NCBI GenBank assembly: GCA_963718525.1
Contig: OY970355.1
Coordinates: forward strand, 2,912,001-2,976,000
DNA length: 64,000 nucleotides
Direction: 5' to 3'
Source of the DNA: Candidatus Dormiibacterota bacterium
Lineage (GTDB): Bacteria > Chloroflexota > Dormibacteria > Aeolococcales > Aeolococcaceae
Shown here in pieces: positions 59,262 to 64,000 of the stretch. Both the position numbers and the translations under genes were made by a program. The notes under the pieces are model-generated. The model was not told the DNA's origin, did no database searches, and saw nothing but the letters and a program-made list of their open reading frames with translations. Within the stretch, counting starts at the first letter, position 1. Each line of letters starts with the position of its first letter.

Positions 59262-60885
59262 ATGAGTTCTCCGCACCCGGTCAATGAGCCGGTCCACCTC
59301 TACGCCCCCGGCTCGCCCGAGCGAGCTCGAACTCCGCACCGCCGTCCACGAGATGCAGGCAACCGCCCCTCACAACGTGCCCCTCCATATCGGCGGGCGG
59401 ACGTATGACGGCCACGGCGATCGGATCTCGGTCACCGCGCCGCATCGCCACACCCTTGCGCTCGTGGAGGCCTCGACTGCCACGGCCGACGACGTCCGGG
59501 CCGCGGTCGACGCAGCACTGGCCGCTCACCACGATTGGTCGACGGCGCCGTGGGAGACGCGGGCATCGGTCTTCCTCCGCGCCGCCGACCTGCTGAGTGG
59601 CCCGTATCGAGACCGGCTCAACGCGGCCACCATCCTCGGACAGAGCAAGAGCGTTCAGCAGGCCGAGATCGACGCCGCCTGCGAGCTGATCGACTTCTGG
59701 CGCTGGAACGTGCACTTCGGCGAGCAGCTGCAGAGCATCCAGCCGGTGTCGTCGGGGGGGACGTGGAACCGCATGGAGCACCGCCCGCTCGAAGGCTTCG
59801 TGCTGGCGATCAGCCCGTTCAACTTCACGTCGATCGGCGGCAACCTGGCCGCCGCGCCCGCGATCGTGGGCAACACCGTCGTCTGGAAGCCCGCCACCAC
59901 AGCGCTCCTGGCGGCCCAGGTGATCATGGAGATCCTCGAAGCGGCCGGCCTTCCCCCGGGGGTTATCAACCTGGTCGCCGGGCCGGGAGCCGCTGTTTCG
60001 GAGGCGGCGGTCAAGCACCCGTCGCTCGCCGGCATTCACTTCACCGGATCGACGGACACGTTCCAGCACCTCTGGAGCACCGTCGCCGCCAATCTCGGCA
60101 CGTACAAGACGTACCCACGGCTCGTCGGCGAGACCGGCGGCAAGGACTTCGTGCTCGCCCACCCGTCGGCCTCACAGGACGCGCTGCTCGTCGGCCTGCT
60201 GCGCGGATCGTTCGAGTATCAGGGTCAGAAATGCTCCGCCTCGTCACGCGCGTACATCCCCCGTTCGGTATGGGATCGCCTGCGCGACCCGCTCGCCGCC
60301 GCCACCGAGGCGATCCCCGTAGGCGACCCCGCCGAGTTCTCCACCTTCATGGGCGCGGTCATCGACGAGCCAAGCTACCGAAAGCACGAGGCCGTCCTGG
60401 CCGCGGCGCGCACCGATCCGGAGCTCAGCCTGGTCGCCGGCGGCGAGTGTGACGGGGACGTCGGATGGTTCGTCCATCCCACCATCCTCGAGACCACGAA
60501 TCCGCGCCACGAACTTATGCAGCGTGAGCTCTTCGGCCCGATCCTCACCGTCTATTCGTATCCCGATGCGGAATGGCGCTCGGTCCTCGACCTGGTGGAC
60601 ACGACGTCACCCTATGCGCTTACCGGCGCCGTATTCGCGGATGACCGAGCGGCCATCGACGAGGCGGCGGCACGCCTTCGCTACGCTGCCGGCAACTTCT
60701 ACGTGAACGACAAGCCGACCGGCGCGGTGGTCGGTCAGCAGCCGTTCGGCGGCGCAAGGATGAGCGGGACCAACGACAAGGCAGGGTCCATGCTGAACAT
60801 GCTCCGGTGGGTGTCACCTCGGGTGATCAAGGAGACGTTCATCCCGCCCACCGAGTGGCGATACCCCCACCAGGACCCCGACTGA
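59262..60885 (+). CDS. pruA: L-glutamate gamma-semialdehyde (P5C) dehydrogenase; +1 frameshift at 59329-59334
   Basis: PVNEPVHLYAPGSPERAR joins LRTAVHEM; GQSK, SPFNF, FTGST, GETGGK, YQGQKCSA, ELFGP, NDKPTGAVVGQQPFGG. Confidence 0.93.
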
Positions 60886-60897
60886 CCGAAGCGGCCG

Positions 60898-61116
60898 CTA
60901 TGCGCGCCAGCGGGTGCAGGACCGGGTGGGCCGGCGCCTGCAGGAGCAGCTGCCCGGATGGCGAGGAGTTCGCCGTGGGGTCGACGGGTACTCGGAGGCA
61001 ACCCGGATCAGGGCGTGGAACCGGCTCTCGTCGATGATGCCCTTCTCCAGCGCGCGCTGCGCCCATGCCGGCGGGGTCCGGAGCCCCCATGCATCGAAAG
61101 CGCCTTGCTCGATCAT
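60898..61116 (-). CDS. Small hypothetical protein, possibly frameshifted near 60990
   Basis: AGGAGG RBS; N-terminal half has host codon bias, which continues in another frame. Confidence 0.45.
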   Translation of the reverse strand: MIEQGAFDAWGLRTPPAWAQRALEKGIIDESRFHALIRVASEYPSTPRRTPRHPGSCSCRRRPTRSCTRWRA

Positions 61117-61144
61117 CGTTCCTCCTGATGATAGCCAGGACGGG

Positions 61145-62635
61145 CTAAACCAGCGTACCGGACGGATCCAGTCCTTCGAGGAGCTTCTGAACTGAGGTCA
61201 CGAAGCGCGTCGCCTGAAGGCCGTCGTTGATGCGGTGGTCGAACGACAGGCCCAGGTTCATGATCGGCCGGATCGCGATCGCGTCACCGACGACCACCGG
61301 CCGCTTGACCACGAGATCCATGGTCATGATCGCCGCCTGTGGCTGGTTGATGATCGCCTCGGTCATCACGGCGCCGAGGGCGCCGGTGTTGTTGAGCGTG
61401 AAGGTCCCGCCCTGGATCTCGTCAAGCTTGAGGTGGTTGCTGCGCGCCCGGGCGCCGAGATCCGCCATGGTGGTGGCGAGCCCGACGATGCTCAGCCGGT
61501 CCGCATCGCGCACAACCGGCACGATGAGGTTGTCCTCGAGCGCCACGGCAATGCCGAGGTTGATCGTCCGCTTCATCACGATTCCCGCATCGCTCCACGA
61601 CGCGTTGAGCGTCGGATGCCGTTGCAGCGCCTCGACCACCGCTCGCGCGACGAACGGCAGGAAGGTGAGCTTGACCCCGTGCCGTTCCTCGAACGCAGTC
61701 TTCTCACGATCGCGAATCTTCGATACCGCCGACATGTCGACCTCGACCATCACGTACGCATGCGGCGACGTCTGCTTGCTCCGAACCATGTGCTCCGCTA
61801 TCGCCTTCCGAACCTGCGTCAGCGGCACAACCGTCTCGCCCTCGGCGCCAGTGAAGGAGGCCGGAGCAGCGGAAGCAGGGGCTGGTGCCTGCGCCACCGT
61901 CGAAGCCGGCTGAGGTGCCCGCGTAGGCGACATAGCCGGTGTAGGCGCCGGAGCGGGCACCTCAGCCGGCGCGCGCGCGGGACCAGACCCACCAGACCCA
62001 GCGTCTCTCCGCTGCACGTACTCAAGAACGTCTTTCTTGGAGATCCGCCCGCCGATCCCGCTCCCCGCGATCTGCGAGAGGTCGACACCGTGCTCGCGGA
62101 CCAGCATCCGCACCGCGGGCGTCACGTGATATCCGCCTGCCTGTCCGTTCCCACCGGCTGCTTCATCCGACGCCGGCGCGTCCGACGCCTGTTGCGTGAA
62201 CGCATCCTGGATCGGAGCCACAGCGGTCTCCGCGCCGGCCTCTGCTTCCGCGGGCGCTGCACGCGGCTCGACGGCGGCCGGTTGCGGCTCGGTGGGCTCC
62301 GCTGCTGCCCCCTGCGAGCTCACGGCAGGCGCCGCGGCAACCGCAGCGGTCTCCTTCTCCTGCGCCGCGGGCTCCGCTGCGGCTGCAGCTGCACCATCGA
62401 CGGTGTCGATCGAACAGATCGGCTGACCCACCGGCACCACCGTGCCCTCGGGAGCGATCAGCTCGGACATCACACCATCGGCCGGCGCGGGGATCTCCGC
62501 GTTCACCTTGTCGGTGATCACCTCAGCGATCGATTCGTATTTTGCGATCGCGTCGCCGGGGTGCTTGAGCCAGCGTGCGATGGTGCCTTCGGTGACGCTC
62601 TCACCGAGCTGCGGCATCGTGACGGTCAGGGCCAT
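61145..62635 (-). CDS. bkdB: Dihydrolipoamide acyltransferase (E2), branched-chain type
   Basis: MPQLGESVTEG...TDKVNAEIP lipoyl domain; E3-binding GSGIGGRISKKD; FDHRINDG. Confidence 0.9.
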   Translation of the reverse strand: MALTVTMPQLGESVTEGTIARWLKHPGDAIAKYESIAEVITDKVNAEIPAPADGVMSELIAPEGTVVPVGQPICSIDTVDGAAAAAAEPAAQEKETAAVAAAPAVSSQGAAAEPTEPQPAAVEPRAAPAEAEAGAETAVAPIQDAFTQQASDAPASDEAAGGNGQAGGYHVTPAVRMLVREHGVDLSQIAGSGIGGRISKKDVLEYVQRRDAGSGGSGPARAPAEVPAPAPTPAMSPTRAPQPASTVAQAPAPASAAPASFTGAEGETVVPLTQVRKAIAEHMVRSKQTSPHAYVMVEVDMSAVSKIRDREKTAFEERHGVKLTFLPFVARAVVEALQRHPTLNASWSDAGIVMKRTINLGIAVALEDNLIVPVVRDADRLSIVGLATTMADLGARARSNHLKLDEIQGGTFTLNNTGALGAVMTEAIINQPQAAIMTMDLVVKRPVVVGDAIAIRPIMNLGLSFDHRINDGLQATRFVTSVQKLLEGLDPSGTLV

Positions 62636-62660
62636 TTCGCGAGGTTCCTTGTGTTCGAGT

Positions 62661-63644
62661 TCAGTACGCGGCAAGCTCGCGGAGCTTGGCCTCGACCTTG
62701 TTTGGCGTTACGAGGTAGAACTGTTCGAGCGGCGGTGAGAACGGCATCGCCGGTATTTCGGGGCCGCCGATGCGCATCACCGGAGCATCAAGGCTCTCGA
62801 AGCAGTCCTCGGCGATGATGGCGGCAACCTCGGAGGCAACGCTCACGGCCAGGTTCGCCTCCTGGACGATCAGGACCTTGCCGCACTTGCTCGCGCTCTC
62901 GACGATCGCTGCGCGATCGAACGGACGCAGCGAGCGCAGGTCGACGACCTCGCAGGAAAACCCATCTGCAGCAAGGCGATCGACCGCTTCGAGCGAGGTG
63001 TGCACCATCATCCCGTAGCTGAACAACGCAATGTCGGTGCCCTCACGGACGACACGGGCGCGATCGAGCGGCACTGTGTACTCGCCATCCGGTACCTCGC
63101 CCTTGATGGCTCGGTAGGCGCGCTTGTGCTCGAAGTAGAGCACAGGGTCCGGGTCGCGCAGCGCAGAGATGATCATGCCCTTCGCGTCGTACGGATTCGA
63201 CGGCACGACCACGCGCAATCCCGGGATGTGAGCAAAGATCGCCTCGATGGACTGCGAGTGATACAGCGCCCCGTGCACGCCACCACCAAACGGTGATCGA
63301 AGCACCATCGGCACGTTCCAGTCACCATTGCTGCGGTAGCTGATCTTGGCTGCCTCGCTGATGATCTGATCGACCGCCGGCATGATGAAATCCTGAAACT
63401 GGATCTCGGCGATCGGACGGAGTCCGTTCATCGCCGCGCCGATGGCGACACCGACGATCAGCGATTCGGCCAGCGGGCTGTCGAGCACCCGCCACTCGCC
63501 GAACTGCTTCTGCAGGCCCTCGGTGACACCGAACACGCCCCCCTTCGCACCGACATCCTCGCCGAGGATCATGACCCGCGGATCACGCTCCATCTCCTCG
63601 CGGATGCCGTCGCGGATGGCCTCGATGTACGACTTCTGCGGCAC
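62661..63644 (-). CDS. bkdA2: 2-oxo acid dehydrogenase E1 beta (branched-chain type)
   Basis: GEDVG, AEIQFQDF, GGGVHGALYHSQS, VVDLRSL. Confidence 0.9.
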   Translation of the reverse strand: MPQKSYIEAIRDGIREEMERDPRVMILGEDVGAKGGVFGVTEGLQKQFGEWRVLDSPLAESLIVGVAIGAAMNGLRPIAEIQFQDFIMPAVDQIISEAAKISYRSNGDWNVPMVLRSPFGGGVHGALYHSQSIEAIFAHIPGLRVVVPSNPYDAKGMIISALRDPDPVLYFEHKRAYRAIKGEVPDGEYTVPLDRARVVREGTDIALFSYGMMVHTSLEAVDRLAADGFSCEVVDLRSLRPFDRAAIVESASKCGKVLIVQEANLAVSVASEVAAIIAEDCFESLDAPVMRIGGPEIPAMPFSPPLEQFYLVTPNKVEAKLRELAAY

Positions 63645-63647
63645 GCG

Positions 63648-64000
63648 TCAGTCTCCCGTCTCGGTGTACACGTGCAGCATCGCCGTGTCGGGCGAGGGGA
63701 GCGGCGAAGCCTCGGCCTCATCGGTCGCGCGATCGAGCTCGAGCACCAGCTCGGCTCGCATCTCGTCGGCCTCGCCGGCCTGCATGACACCGAGCTCCTC
63801 GAGCGTTGCCTTGAAGCGCTGCAGCGAGTCCCGCTCGCGCTCGGCCTCGAGCTCCTCGGCGCTGCGGTAGCGCCGCTGATCGTCGTCCGAGCTGTGCGAT
63901 GTCAAACGCAGCACCTTCGCCTCGATGAGCGTAGGTCCGTCGCCGCGGCGCGCGCGCTTGACCGCCTCGCGAGCTGTTCTGTAGCAGGCGATCGCATCGC
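63648..64000 (-). CDS. bkdA1: 2-oxo acid dehydrogenase E1 alpha, C-terminal part (truncated by window end)
   Basis: GDGPTLIEAKVLRLTSHSSDDDQRRYR. Confidence 0.88.
   Translation of the reverse strand, partial: DAIACYRTAREAVKRARRGDGPTLIEAKVLRLTSHSSDDDQRRYRSAEELEAERERDSLQRFKATLEELGVMQAGEADEMRAELVLELDRATDEAEASPLPSPDTAMLHVYTETGD

Noticed and set aside
26486-59334. Programmed ribosomal frameshifting at the six insertion sites
   Set aside because: Motif occurs in both orientations relative to the gene, no slippery run, and it also yields substitutions; a DNA-level explanation fits better
1-64000. CRISPR array, rRNA, IS elements, prophage
   Set aside because: No spaced direct repeats, rRNA-like sequence, or transposase/phage protein motifs seen

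Overview
High-GC bacterial chromosomal segment, probably from a soil organism with actinobacteria-like hypoxia genes (lineage not determinable here; Ca. Dormibacterota/Chloroflexota/Actinomycetota is only a guess). 0.4-8.4 kb: a large ATP-binding LuxR regulator is divergent, across a palindromic operator, from a DUF4242-like gene coupled to a ~1,600-aa lipoprotein. That lipoprotein has a teneurin-like YD/RHS shell whose C-terminal cargo is Cys-rich + VWD/C8 + two beta-sandwich repeats rather than a recognisable toxin. ~9.3-42.5 kb: a DosR/DosS-type hypoxia/fermentation island with PFOR (PorD fused to a GltD-like flavoprotein), group 3b [NiFe]-hydrogenase, malic enzyme, aldehyde dehydrogenase, GNAT-acyl-CoA ligase, USPs, CBS, PNPOx-like and flavodoxin genes. 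It carries many paired DosR-like boxes and two copies of an unrecognised 4-Cys mini-protein. 43-47.5 kb: a second STAND-type regulator with small Cys/His-rich neighbours. From tRNA-Phe onward: dtd, NrtR-like regulator, a two-component system with a MacAB-like exporter, tRNA-Val, rpiA, lipB/lipA, pruA and a branched-chain keto-acid dehydrogenase operon. Eight otherwise intact genes are each broken at the same hexamer GAACTC/GAGTTC and are repaired by restoring GACTC/GAGTC. This looks like a footprint of DNA modification at that site (base-calling error), not true pseudogenisation. No CRISPR, rRNA, integrase or transposase was seen.
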